Position numbers and translations under genes: made by a program. From the NCBI RefSeq assembly GCF_963921235.1, contig NC_086097.1, forward strand, positions 155,994,001 to 156,058,000: a stretch of DNA of 64,000 bases, read 5' to 3'. Positions 49,964-61,064 of the stretch are shown piece after piece; position 1 is the stretch's first letter, and every line of letters begins with the position of its first letter. The DNA comes from Mobula hypostoma. Taxonomy: Eukaryota. The notes under the pieces are model-generated. The model had not been told where the DNA came from and made no database searches. It worked only from the letters and a program-made list of their open reading frames with translations.

Positions 49964-50449
49964 GTTCACCAGATTGATTCCTGGGATGGCAGGACTTTCA
50001 TATGATGAAAGACTGAATGAATTAGGCTTATACTTGTTGGATTTTAGAAGATTGAGGGGGGATCTGATTGAAACATATAAAATCCCAGAGGGATTGGACA
50101 GGTTAGATGCAGGAAGATTCTTCCCGATGTTGGGGAAGTCCAGAACGAGGGGTCACAGTTTGAGGATAAAGGGGAAGCCTTTTAGGACCGAGATTAGGAA
50201 AAACTTCTTCACACAGAGAGTGGTGAATCTGTGGAATTCACTGCCACAGGAAACAGTTGAGGCCAGTTCATTGGCTATATTTAAGAGGGAGTTAGATATG
50301 GCCCTGGTGGCTAAAGGGATCAGGGGGTATGGAGGGAAGGCTGGTGCAGGAGTTCTGAGTTAGATGATCAGCCATGATCATACTGAATGGCAGTGCAGGC
50401 TCGAAGGGCCGAATGACCTACTCCTGCACCTATTTTCTATGTTTCTATG
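49964..50449 (+). mobile_element. CR1 3' fragment of another subfamily, inserted antisense into the young CR1
   Basis: FTRLIPGMAGLSYDERL ORF; tail ttttctatgtttctatg; host resumes at gtaaatctcc. Confidence 0.88.
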
Positions 50450-51918
50450 TAAATCTCCTCTGTACCCTTTCCAATGCTTCCACATCCTTCCTATAGTGAG
50501 GCAACCAGAACTGGATTCAGTACTCCAAGTGTGGCCTAACCAGAGTTTTATAGAGCTGCATCATTACATCGCGACTCTTAAACTCTATCCCTTGACTTAT
50601 GAAAGCAAACACCCCATAAGCTTTCTTAACTACCCTATCCATCTGTGAGGCAACTTTCAGGGATCTGTGGACATGTACTCCCAGATCCCTCTGCTGCTCC
50701 ACACTACCAAGTATCATGCCATTTACTTTGTACTCTAATTTGGGGTTTGTCCTTCCAAAGTGTACCACCTCACACTTCTCCAGATTGAACTCCATCTGCC
50801 ACTTCTCAGCCCACTTCTGCATCCTATCAATGTCTCTCTACAATCTTTGACAATCCTCTACACTACCTACAACACCACCAACCTTTATGTCATCTGCAAA
50901 CTTTCCAACCCAGCCCTTTACCCCCACATCCAGGTCGTTAATAAAAATCACGAAAATTAGAGGTCCCAGAACAGATCCTTGTGGGACACCACTAGTCACA
51001 ATCCTCCAATCTGAATGTACTCCCTCCACCACCATCCTCTGCCTTCTGCAGGCAAGCCAATTCTGAATCCACCTGGCCAGACTTCCCTGGATCCCATGCC
51101 TTCTAACTTTCTGAATAAGCCTACCGTGTGGAACCTTGTCAAATGCCTCACTAAAATCCATATAGATCACATCCACTGAACTACCCTCACCTATATACCT
51201 GGTCACCTACTGAAAGAACTCTATCAGGCTTGTTAGACACAATCTGCCCTTCACAAAGTCATGCTGACTGTCCCTGATCAGACCATGATTCTCTAAATGC
51301 CTATAGATCCTATCTCTAAGAATCTTTTCCAACAGCTTTCCCACCACAGACGTAAGACTCACTGGTCTATAATTACCCGGACTATCCCTACTACCTTTTT
51401 TGAACAAAGGGACAACATTCGCCTCCCTCCAATCATCCGGTACCATTCCTATGGACAACGAGGACATAAAGATCCTAGCCAGAGGCTCAGCAATCTCTTC
51501 CCTCATCTCGTGGAGTAGCCTGGGGAATATTCCATCAGGCCCCAGGGACTTATCCGTCCTAATGTATTTTAAATATATTTATTTTTATTGAAGGAATGAC
51601 ACAATACAGAATATATAATGGATTACATTTTCCTCCATTTTGCTTTAGTATCGTACCCCCAAAACAAACCTCCCCCCCACCCACCCTCCCCGAACATATC
51701 ATGGCAGCTAATATATCTACAACACAACAATTCACAAATACAAGTACGGACATTTCACAACCGTACCCCCACACTACTTCAATACGACAGCTCATACACA
51801 TCTGCAACATGTCAGATGATCCAAAATACACTCATATTTACAATTCATCAACCACCCTGTGAGGTAAATTATAAGTGTGTTAAATGGGAGGCAACTTCCT
51901 AAGTACAATCAAATGCCC

Positions 51919-54900
51919 TCAACTAGTAGGTAATTCCTTAAGACTCCCAAAATATGATAAGAAAGGTCCCCATTTTGAATAGAACTTTTTCACAGACCCC
52001 CTCAAAGTGAATTTAATCTTTTCTAATTTCAGAAAAAACATTACATCTTCTAACCAAGCAGCAGCAGTTGGGGGAGTGGCAGATTTCCAAACCAGCAAAA
52101 TTCTCCTACGGGCCAATAGCGATGTAAATGCAATGATATCCGACTGGCTTGCATTTAAACCCAAATCATCATCTGCCACACCAAATACAGCTATAAGTGG
52201 GCAAGGTCTCAGTGTCACCCCCAAAACCTCACTGATAATTTTAAAAACCAGTGCCCAATAGTCATCAAGCCGAGGGCATGACCAAAATGCATGTATTAAA
52301 CCAGCCGGAGAGAAGGAACACCTGTCACAGCCAGCGTCTGTCCCAGGGTATATGTCTGCCAGTCTGGCTTTACTTAAATGTACCCTGTGTAAAACTTTGA
52401 ATTGTATGAGCCCCAGTCTAGCACATGATGATGAGAAATGAACCCTATTCAATACTTTTGCCCAATATTCCTCCGCAAGGTCCATACCGAGGTCGTCCTC
52501 CCACCTACTCTTAGTTTTGTTTAGATCTTGAACTCCCAAAGACATCAGCTGAGAGTATAGTTCAGAAATCAGCCCCTTATTGTTAAAGCTAAGAGTGAAT
52601 TTTTCCCATAACATAGCAGGTGGTAGAACAGGAAAAGAGGGAAATTTTTCCTTGACAAAGTGGCGAATCTGCAGGTATTTAAAAAAATGATTATGCGGAA
52701 GGCCATACTTACCGCGCAGGTTATCAAAACTATCAAATATGTTATCAGTATACAAATCCTTAATGCGCATAAGACCATTCAAACCCCATTGTCTAAAAGC
52801 TGAATCGAATGTGGAGGGAGGAAATAAATGGTTTTTATGAATGGGGCCCAAAACTGAAGCTGATAGGAACTTATAGTGGCAGCGAAATTGATTAAGAATT
52901 TTGAGGATGGAGAGCACGACCGGGTTAGATGTGAATTGAGAGGATTTCAATGGTAAGGAAGAATACACCAAAGCTGGGAGAGACGAGGAGTGGCAAGATC
53001 GTGACTCAAGCAGGCACCAGATTATATCTGGCCGGTGAAGCCAAAATAATACTTTTTGAATGTTCGATGCCCAGTAATAATGAATAAAGCTGGGAAGACC
53101 CATTCCACCTATGTCACGACCTCTTTGAAGAATGCGCTTATTAACCCTTGGGACCTTATTTTCCCAAATAAAGGAGGTTATAGCTTGATCAACTGATTTA
53201 AAAAATAACTTAGATAAGAAAACTGGCAAACACTGAAACAAATAGAGAAATCTAGGAAGTATAGTCATTTTCACTGACTGAATTCTCCCAGCTATAGTAA
53301 GGGGTAAACTGCGCCATCTCTCGAAATCAGCCTTCATTTGGCTAACCTGAGGCCTGTAGTTAGCTTCAAACAGAGATGTAAAAGAGCGAGTAATATGTAT
53401 TCCTAGGTATACAAGACCATCTTGAGATAAAGGAAAGGGCAAGGATTCCTGTCGGATCTGTAGGGCCAAGTTATTAATGGGAAAGCATTTGCTTTTTTGA
53501 AAGTTCAGTTTATAGCCAGAGAAGGCTCCAAATTGACCTAATAATGACACAATAGCAGGACTACTACCTATAGGGTCGCTAACATAAAGTAAGAGGTCAT
53601 CAGCATATAGGGAAACACGGTGTTCCATGTCCCCTCTTATAACACCTTGAAATAATGTAGTTGACTTAATTGCAATAGAAAGAGGCTCAATTGCAATTGC
53701 AAAAAGAAGAGGGGACAGTGGGCAGCCTTGGCGAGTGCCACATTTTAATGGGAAATAGCCAGATCGAAAATAATTTGTCTGTATACACGCTGAAGGCGAG
53801 TGGTATAATAGCTTAACCCAAGCTATAAATATTCTGCCAAATCCAAATTTCTCCAAAACACTAAATAAATATACCCATTCCACTCTATCAAATGCCTTCT
53901 CCACGTCCAAGGCGATAACAACCTCTGGACTTGGAGAATCACTCAGTGAATAAACCACATCAGCCAGTCGACGGATATTAAAAAAAGAATAGCGATTTTT
54001 AATAAAACCTGTTTGATCATCTGAAATTATCTTGGGAAGGGGATGTTCTAAACGACATGCAAGCACTTTAGCCAAAATTTTCACATCTACATTCAAAAGT
54101 GAAATGGGGCGATATGATCCACATTGAGTCGGGTCCTTGTCCTTTTTAAGAAGTAGTGAAATAGCTGCCTGTGAAAGAGAAGGGGGTAAGGAGCCATTCT
54201 CCAAAGATTCCTGAAACACTTCTAGAAGGACCGGTGTGAGCTTATCCTTAAATTTCTTATAAAATTCTATTGGATAACCATCAGGACCTGGGGACTTACC
54301 ACTCTGCATAGCCATAATGGCATTATTAATCTCTTCCTGCCCAAGAGCCCGACCTAGGTTCTCCACTTCCTCTGGTTCAAGAGTTGGTATTTCCAAATTA
54401 TCTAAAAAACGTTCCATATTTGTTTTATCTGAGGGGAACTCTGAGGCATACAGAGAGGAATAAAAAGTTGCAAAGATGTTATTAATCTCTTTTGGATTGC
54501 TTGTCAAGTTCTGGTGCATGTCTCTTACCTGAGGAATAAGTCGTGATGCAGCTTGACGTTTCAACTGATGAGCCATAAGCCGGCTCGCCTTGTCACCATA
54601 TTCATAATAGAGGCCACGTGTCTTAAGAATTAATTGTTCTGATAGGTTTGTAGATAGAAGATTAAACTTCGCTTGCAAATCAACCCGACTTTTATATAAT
54701 TCCGCAGTGGGTGCCTCAGAATATTTTCTATCCAGGTCCCAAATAGATTTCAATAACACTTGCATTTCCTTCCTACGCTCTTTATTGGCATGTGAAGTAT
54801 AAGATATTATTTGACCCCTCAAGCAAGCTTTTAAAGTTTCCCAAAGTAAAGAGTACGATACCGACTCAGTTTTGTTAGTCTCGAAGAATGTGTCAATGTT

Positions 54901-55722
54901 AGCCGATATATAACTACAAAATTTCTCATTAGAAAGCAAAAGGGGGTTAAGTCTCCACAGAGGCCGTTCTCTAACGTTTAAAGGAAAACATAGGTCCAGT
55001 TTCACGGGCGAGTGATCAGATATAACTATAACAGTGTATTCAATTTGTCTAATCATAGGTATCAAGGAATTATCTATAAAGAAATAGTCTAGCCTGGAAT
55101 AGGAGTGGTGAACATGAGAGAAGAAAGAGAATTGCCTAACTGATGGATTCAAAAATCTCCAAGGATCCATATAACCATTTTGTTGCATAAACATCGAGAA
55201 GGCCTTTGCCATACCAGAAAATGTTCCCCTAGGGCAAGACCTATCAAGCAGTGGGTCAATAGCACAGTTCAAATCTCCGGAAAAGATTAGCTTATGTGTA
55301 TTCAGGTTAGGTATTAATGACAAAACCCTATTTGCAAATTGGACATCGTCCCAATTAGGAGCATAAACATTTACCAAAATAACAGGTATCTGAAAGAGAG
55401 AGCCAGAGACTATAATAAAGCGACCATTAGGGTCACTGATTACATCAGATGGTGTGAACTGCATTCTTTTGGTGATTAATATTGCCACCCCCCTGGACCT
55501 ACTATTAAATCTGGAATGAAAAACCTGACTAATCCATGCTTTACGAAGTCTATTATGGTCCTCCACTCTTAAATGTGTCTCTTGTAGAAATAGTATATCA
55601 GCTTTTAATTGTTTCAGATGTGAGAAAACTTTAGCTCTTTTAACCGGACCATTAAGCTCCTTTACATTCCAAGAAATAAACCTCACAGGGTGACCTCCAT
55701 CAGCTGCACTCATGTTAACCAT
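51919..55722 (-). CDS. L1 ORF2p: APE endonuclease, reverse transcriptase, CCHC zinc knuckle
   Basis: SWNV, LQETH, VYAPN, GDLN, SRLDY, SDH; RQGCPLSP, YADD; CDRC..H..C. Likely start is MVNMS at 55722 (track ORF begins at 55854). Confidence 0.95.
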   Translation of the reverse strand: MVNMSAADGGHPVRFISWNVKELNGPVKRAKVFSHLKQLKADILFLQETHLRVEDHNRLRKAWISQVFHSRFNSRSRGVAILITKRMQFTPSDVISDPNGRFIIVSGSLFQIPVILVNVYAPNWDDVQFANRVLSLIPNLNTHKLIFSGDLNCAIDPLLDRSCPRGTFSGMAKAFSMFMQQNGYMDPWRFLNPSVRQFSFFSHVHHSYSRLDYFFIDNSLIPMIRQIEYTVIVISDHSPVKLDLCFPLNVRERPLWRLNPLLLSNEKFCSYISANIDTFFETNKTESVSYSLLWETLKACLRGQIISYTSHANKERRKEMQVLLKSIWDLDRKYSEAPTAELYKSRVDLQAKFNLLSTNLSEQLILKTRGLYYEYGDKASRLMAHQLKRQAASRLIPQVRDMHQNLTSNPKEINNIFATFYSSLYASEFPSDKTNMERFLDNLEIPTLEPEEVENLGRALGQEEINNAIMAMQSGKSPGPDGYPIEFYKKFKDKLTPVLLEVFQESLENGSLPPSLSQAAISLLLKKDKDPTQCGSYRPISLLNVDVKILAKVLACRLEHPLPKIISDDQTGFIKNRYSFFNIRRLADVVYSLSDSPSPEVVIALDVEKAFDRVEWVYLFSVLEKFGFGRIFIAWVKLLYHSPSACIQTNYFRSGYFPLKCGTRQGCPLSPLLFAIAIEPLSIAIKSTTLFQGVIRGDMEHRVSLYADDLLLYVSDPIGSSPAIVSLLGQFGAFSGYKLNFQKSKCFPINNLALQIRQESLPFPLSQDGLVYLGIHITRSFTSLFEANYRPQVSQMKADFERWRSLPLTIAGRIQSVKMTILPRFLYLFQCLPVFLSKLFFKSVDQAITSFIWENKVPRVNKRILQRGRDIGGMGLPSFIHYYWASNIQKVLFWLHRPDIIWCLLESRSCHSSSLPALVYSSLPLKSSQFTSNPVVLSILKILNQFRCHYKFLSASVLGPIHKNHLFPPSTFDSAFRQWGLNGLMRIKDLYTDNIFDSFDNLRGKYGLPHNHFFKYLQIRHFVKEKFPSFPVLPPAMLWEKFTLSFNNKGLISELYSQLMSLGVQDLNKTKSRWEDDLGMDLAEEYWAKVLNRVHFSSSCARLGLIQFKVLHRVHLSKARLADIYPGTDAGCDRCSFSPAGLIHAFWSCPRLDDYWALVFKIISEVLGVTLRPCPLIAVFGVADDDLGLNASQSDIIAFTSLLARRRILLVWKSATPPTAAAWLEDVMFFLKLEKIKFTLRGSVKKFYSKWGPFLSYFGSLKELPTS

Positions 55723-56323
55723 ATCAAAAGACACACAGGGCCTACAATCCAAAACAGTGCGAGGGTATAAGTTGCACACAATAACGCACAATAAAAAGAA
55801 AGTCTGATCAATCCGTAACACACAAAAGAATAAACTGCCATGGTAATCCCCCAAAACACTCCCCCCACCCCTTTACACAAACAAAAAAACCCAATTAACC
55901 CCCGAAGCCTAGATCTACCTCCCCAATTGAGGATGATCGCAGGCAGTACCCAACAAAAAACTTGCAAGGCGTCCCCCATACAACCCAACTTTCAATCTAA
56001 TCTAGGGTGGCTCCCCTCCCTAAAATTTATCCTATCACTTATACTACCTTTAATATAACATATAGGCTAAAGATAACACAGGTCAAGCTAAGCATTAAAA
56101 ACAAAAAAAAACACACTGGGCAACACCCGAGATATAAATCCCAAATATTTACATTTTGCTGGTTGAAAGTTTTTGTTAATCAGTTTCGGCAGCATAGCAG
56201 TTCGACCCGATCGCGTTCCACAAATTAAACTGGAAAAAATGAACAAAGAAGTGGATTGTGAAAATTAACAGTTTGCTTCGGCATGAGGCCCCTTCAATGC
56301 TGCACGAATAACCTAAAAAAAAG

Positions 56324-57232
56324 TCATTGCTCTTCTCGTTCTTGTTCTCCCCAGCGTGAATGGTAAAACTCTTTGGCCGCCTCTGGTGTATGGAAATAAT
56401 GCTTTTCACCTTCATGCATGACCCGGAGCTGGGCAGGATACAAGAGGCCGAACCTGACCCCTTTCCCGTAAAGCAGGGATTTCACCTCCTTGAAAGCTGC
56501 TCGTTTTTTACCCAGCTCCGCACTAAAATCTTCATAAAAAAGCACGCGGTGTCCGCAGAAATACAGCTCCTGCTTCCGTCTGTTGATGATGCGTTGCTTA
56601 TCTTGAAAGGAGTGAAAGCAAACCAGGAACATTCTTGGTCTCGTTTGCTTGGCTCCAGAGGCACCGGATGGTTTACGTCCGACTCGGTGAGCACGCGAAA
56701 GTACGAGAGGACTTGGGAAAAAATCTGCCCCCAGCACTTCGTCAAAAAACTCGGTCATAAATTTAACAGGGTCCGAACCTTCCAAATTTTCAGGAATGCC
56801 GACCACTCTCAAATTAGATCTCCGCGACCGATTTTCGAGGTCATCAAGCTTTCCCTTCAGAACTGCGTTTTCGCTCTGCAACGCTGCAATGGCGGCTTCG
56901 GCGCTCACCAGTCGGTCATTGTAATCATTCAGGCCGTCTTCAACCTCACGAATGTGTTCGTCGTGTGTCTCGTAAGCAGACATAATTTGTTCCATGGTAG
57001 CAGTCACTGGTGATAATGCATCTTCAAGTTCTCTTTTTAGGGCAGAATGCACCGCTTGCGTCATGTCAGTAATAAGCACTAAACGAAGCCTCTCCAAGTC
57101 ATCGGGTAGGGCAGGTCCGGGACCAGCTCCAGCAGCGTGCAACGGCACCATTACTGTAACATCAGTCTGCTTGCTCGAGGCTTCGCTATCTTTTTCCCCA
57201 GCTTTACTTCGAAGGTACATTCTACTTGCCAT
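56324..57232 (-). CDS. L1 ORF1p (coiled coil, RRM, CTD; Transposase_22-like)
   Basis: KLDDLENRSRRSNLRVVGIPE, RAHR, RPR, FYEDFS, LYPAQL. Confidence 0.93.
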   Translation of the reverse strand: MASRMYLRSKAGEKDSEASSKQTDVTVMVPLHAAGAGPGPALPDDLERLRLVLITDMTQAVHSALKRELEDALSPVTATMEQIMSAYETHDEHIREVEDGLNDYNDRLVSAEAAIAALQSENAVLKGKLDDLENRSRRSNLRVVGIPENLEGSDPVKFMTEFFDEVLGADFFPSPLVLSRAHRVGRKPSGASGAKQTRPRMFLVCFHSFQDKQRIINRRKQELYFCGHRVLFYEDFSAELGKKRAAFKEVKSLLYGKGVRFGLLYPAQLRVMHEGEKHYFHTPEAAKEFYHSRWGEQEREEQ

Positions 57233-60200
57233 TTCAATGTCCAGCTATGTCCCGCGTTGTTCACAATGGTAAGTATCCAGTTATCTCGAGCATACGGTAA
57301 AGATAAATAGGTAGATTTTCAATAAAAATCGGGAGCCACACTCACACGCACCAACTCACTCCATACTCGACGCCGGAAGTCCTAATGTATTTTAACAACT
57401 CCAACACCTTCTCTCCCTTAATATCAACATGTTCCAGAACATCAACCTCACTCATATTGTCCTCACCATCATCAAGTTCCCTCTCATTGGTGAATACCGA
57501 AGAGAAGTATTCATTGAGGACCTCGCTCATTTCCAAAGCCTCCAGGCACATCTTCCCACCTTTATCTCTAATCTGTCCTACCTTCACTTCTGTCATCCTT
57601 TTTTTCTTCACGTAATTGAAGAATTCCTTGGGGTTTTCCTTTACCCTACTTGCCAAGGCCTTCTCAAGCCCCATTCTTGCTCTTCTCAGCCCCTTCTTAA
57701 GCGCCTTTCTTGCTTCCCTATATTCCTCAATAGACCCATCTGATCCTTGCTTCCTAAACTTCATGTATACTGCCTTCTTCCACCTGACTAGATTTTCCAC
57801 CTCACTTGTCACCCATGGTTCCTTCACCCTACCATTCTTTATCTTCCTCACCGGGACAAATTTATCCCTAACATCCTGCAAGAGATCTCTAAACATCGAC
57901 TACATGTCCATAGTACATTTCCCTGCCAAAACATCATCCCAATTCATGCCCGCAAGTTCTAGCCTTATAGCCTCATAATTTGCCCTTCCCCAATTAAAAA
58001 TGTTCCCGTCTTCTCTGATTCTATCCTTTTCCATGATAATGCTAAAGGCCAGGGAGCAGTGGTCACTGTCCCCCAGATGCTCACCCACTGAGAGATCTGT
58101 GACCTGACCCGATTCATTACCTAGTATTAGATCTAATATGGCATTCCCCCTAGTCAGCCTGTCCAAATACTGTGACAGGAATCTGTCCTGACACACTTAA
58201 CAAACTCTGCCCCATCTAAACCCCTGGAACTAATCAGGTGCCAATCAATATTAGGGAAGTTAAAGTCACCCATGATAACAACCCTGTTATTTTTGACCTT
58301 TCCAAAATCTGCCTCCCAATCTGCTCCTCTTTATCTCTGCTGCTACCAGGGGGCCTATAGAATACCCCCAGTAGAGTAACTGCTCCCTTCCTGTTCCTGA
58401 CTTCCATCCATACTGACTCAAAAGAGGATCCTGGTACATTACCTACCCTTTCTGTAGCCGTAATAGTATCCCTGGCCAGGAATGCCGCCCCTCCTCCCCT
58501 CCCCCTCCCATCCCTTTTAAAGCACTGAAATCCAGGAATATCGAGAACCCATTCCTGCCCTGGTGCCAGCCAAGTCTCTGTAATGGCCACTACATCATAA
58601 TTCCATGTATGTATCCAAGCTCTCAGTTCATCACCTTTGTTCCTGATGCTTCTTGCATTGAGGTACACACATTTCAGCCCTTCTACCTTACTGCCTTTAC
58701 ACCGTTTATTGCTCCGGGTCCCATCCCCCTTGCAAATTAGTTTAAACCCTCCTGAACTATGCTAGCAAACGTTCCTGCAAGGATATTGCTCCCCCTCAAG
58801 TTCAGGTGCAACCCATCCAATCTGTACAGGTCCCAACTTCCCCAGAAGAGATCCCAATGGTCCAAAAATCTAAAACCCTGTTCCCTGCACTAACTCCTCA
58901 GCCACGCATTCAACTGCCATCTCCTCCAATTCTTACCATCACTGTCACGTAGCAGTGGAAGCAATCCTGAGAACGCCACCCTTGAGGTCCTGTTCTTCAG
59001 CCTTCTGCCTCGTTCCCGTACTTCCTGCCTATGTCATTGGTACCAACATGTATCACGACTTCTGGTTGCTTTCCCTCTTGTACCAGGATGTCGTGCACCT
59101 GGTCAGAGACATCCCGGACCCTGGCACCCGGGAGGCAACAAACCATGCGGGTGTCCTTCTCACATCCACAAAATCTCCTGTCTGCTCCCCTGACTATAGA
59201 GTCTCCAATAACGACAGCTCTCCTCTTCTCCATCCCACCCTTCTGCACCACCGGGTCAGACTCAGTGCCGGAGGCCCTGCCACCATGGCTCACACCTGGT
59301 CGGTCGTCCCCGCCAACAGTATCCAGGACAGTAAACTTTTTATTCAGGGGGATGGCTACAGGGGTGCTCTGCACTACCTGTCTGCTCACCTTCACTTTCC
59401 CCCCTCTGACTGTCACCCAATGACCTGCTTCTGACAGCCTAGGTGTGACTACCTCCCTGAAGCTCTCATCTATGACTGCCTCATTCTCCCTTATGAGTCG
59501 AAGGTCAACCAGCTGCTGCTCCAGATTCCTTCCACGATCTTCCAGATCGCCCAGCCATAAGCACTTCTGGAAGATGTGACTCTGCGGGAGACGGGCGTTT
59601 CCCCAAGACTGCCACATCTCACATGAGAGGAACATCAACATCTCAGGAAACATTGTAAAGACTAACTGTGAGGAAGCTTGTCCTCCGCCTCTTCTCGTCG
59701 AAGCCTCTCGAGTCAAAGCCTCAAAGGTCCACTCCTTCACTAGCCCACTTACTCACTGGCCTCTATCAGGTCACCTCTCATTCTCTGACGCTCCAAGGAG
59801 AAAAGGTTCATTCAACCTATTCTCATAAGGCATGCTCCCCAATCCAGGCAACATCCTTGTAAGTGTCCTCTGCATCCTTTCTATCGTTTCCACGTCCTGC
59901 CTGTAGTGAGGCGACCAGAATTGAGCACAGTAATCCAAGTGGTGTCTGACCAGGGTCCTATATAGTAGCAACGTTACCTCTCGGCTCTTAAACTCAATCC
60001 CACAATTGATGAAAACCAATGCACCATATGCCTTCTTAACCATAGAGTCAACCTGCACAGCAGCTTTGAGTGTCCTATGGACTCGGACCCCAATATCGCT
60101 CTGATCCTCCACACTGCCAAGAGACTTACCATCAATGCTATATTCTGGAATCACATTTGACCTACCAAAGTGAACCACCTCACACATATCTGGGTTGAAC

Positions 60201-61064
60201 TCCATCTGTCATTTCTCAGCCCAGATTTGTATCCTACCAATGTCTCACTGTAACCTCTGACAGCTCTCCACAACATCCGCAACCTTTGTGTCATCAGCAA
60301 ATTTACTCATCCATCCCTCCACTTCCTCATCTAGGTCATTTATAAATATCACAAAGAGTAGGGGTCCCAGAACAGATCCCTGAGGCACACCACTGGTCAC
60401 CAACCTCTATGCAGAATATGACCGGTCTACAACCACTCTTTACCTTCTGTGGGCAAGACAGTTCTGGATCCACAAAGCAATGTCCCCTTGGATCCCATTC
60501 CTCTTTACTTTCTCAATAAGTCTTGCATGGGATACCTTATCAAATGCCATGTTGAAATCCATATACACTACATCTACGGCTCTACCGTAATCAATGTGTT
60601 TAGTCACATCCTCACAAAATTCAATTAGGCTCGTAAGGCACGACCTCCCTTTGACAAAGCCATGCTGACTATTCCTAATCATATTATGCCTCTGCAAATG
60701 TTCATAAATCATGCCTCTCAGGATCTTCTCCATCAACTTACTAACCACTGAAGTAAGACTCACTGGCCTATAATTTCCTGGGCTATCCCTACTCCCTTTC
60801 TTGAAAAAGGAAACAACATCCCCAACCCTCCAATCCTCCGGAACCTCACCCATCCTCATTGATGATGAAAAGATCATTGCCAGAGGCTCTGCAATCTCCT
60901 CCCTCCCACAGTAGCCTGGGGTACATCCCGTCCAGTCCTGGTGACTAATCCAACTTAATGCTTTCCAAAAGCTCCAGCACATCCTCTACCTTAATATCTA
61001 CTGCTCAAGCTTTTCAGTCTGCTGCAAGTCATTCCTACCCTCGCCAACATCCTTTTCCGTAGTT

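Larger units (their letters stand above)
51573..57378 (-). mobile_element. Full-length L1-clade LINE (about 5.8 kb) with two intact ORFs and TSD
   Basis: gtcctaatgtattttaa repeated at 51556-51572 and 57379-57395; ORF1 and ORF2 open; AATAAA at the 3' end. Confidence 0.97.
49519..59759 (-). mobile_element. Near full-length young CR1 (5' UTR, ORF1, ORF2, tail), interrupted by L1 and by a CR1 3' fragment
   Basis: ORF1 about 58737-59652 (GDS, GTND; deletion near 59020); APE 58234-58746; ORF2 pieces 57379-58196, 50450-51572 and 49585-49961; (TTCTATG)n tail; near-identical to 30850-33363. Confidence 0.92.
49178..61062 (-). mobile_element. Outer (host) CR1, split into 49178-49518 and 59760-61062 by a nested full-length CR1
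   Basis: atcaatgcc..tcattatcttata (49518) joins cctctatcaggtcacc (59760), matching the uninterrupted sequence at 63449-63491. Confidence 0.85.

Noticed and set aside
55723..55854. 44-aa N-terminal extension of L1 ORF2 in the ORF track
   Set aside because: The APE domain begins just after MVNMS; the extension looks like stop-free spacer sequence.
56360..57013. 217-aa antisense ORF over L1 ORF1
   Set aside because: No recognisable motifs; shadow ORF on the opposite strand of a coding region.
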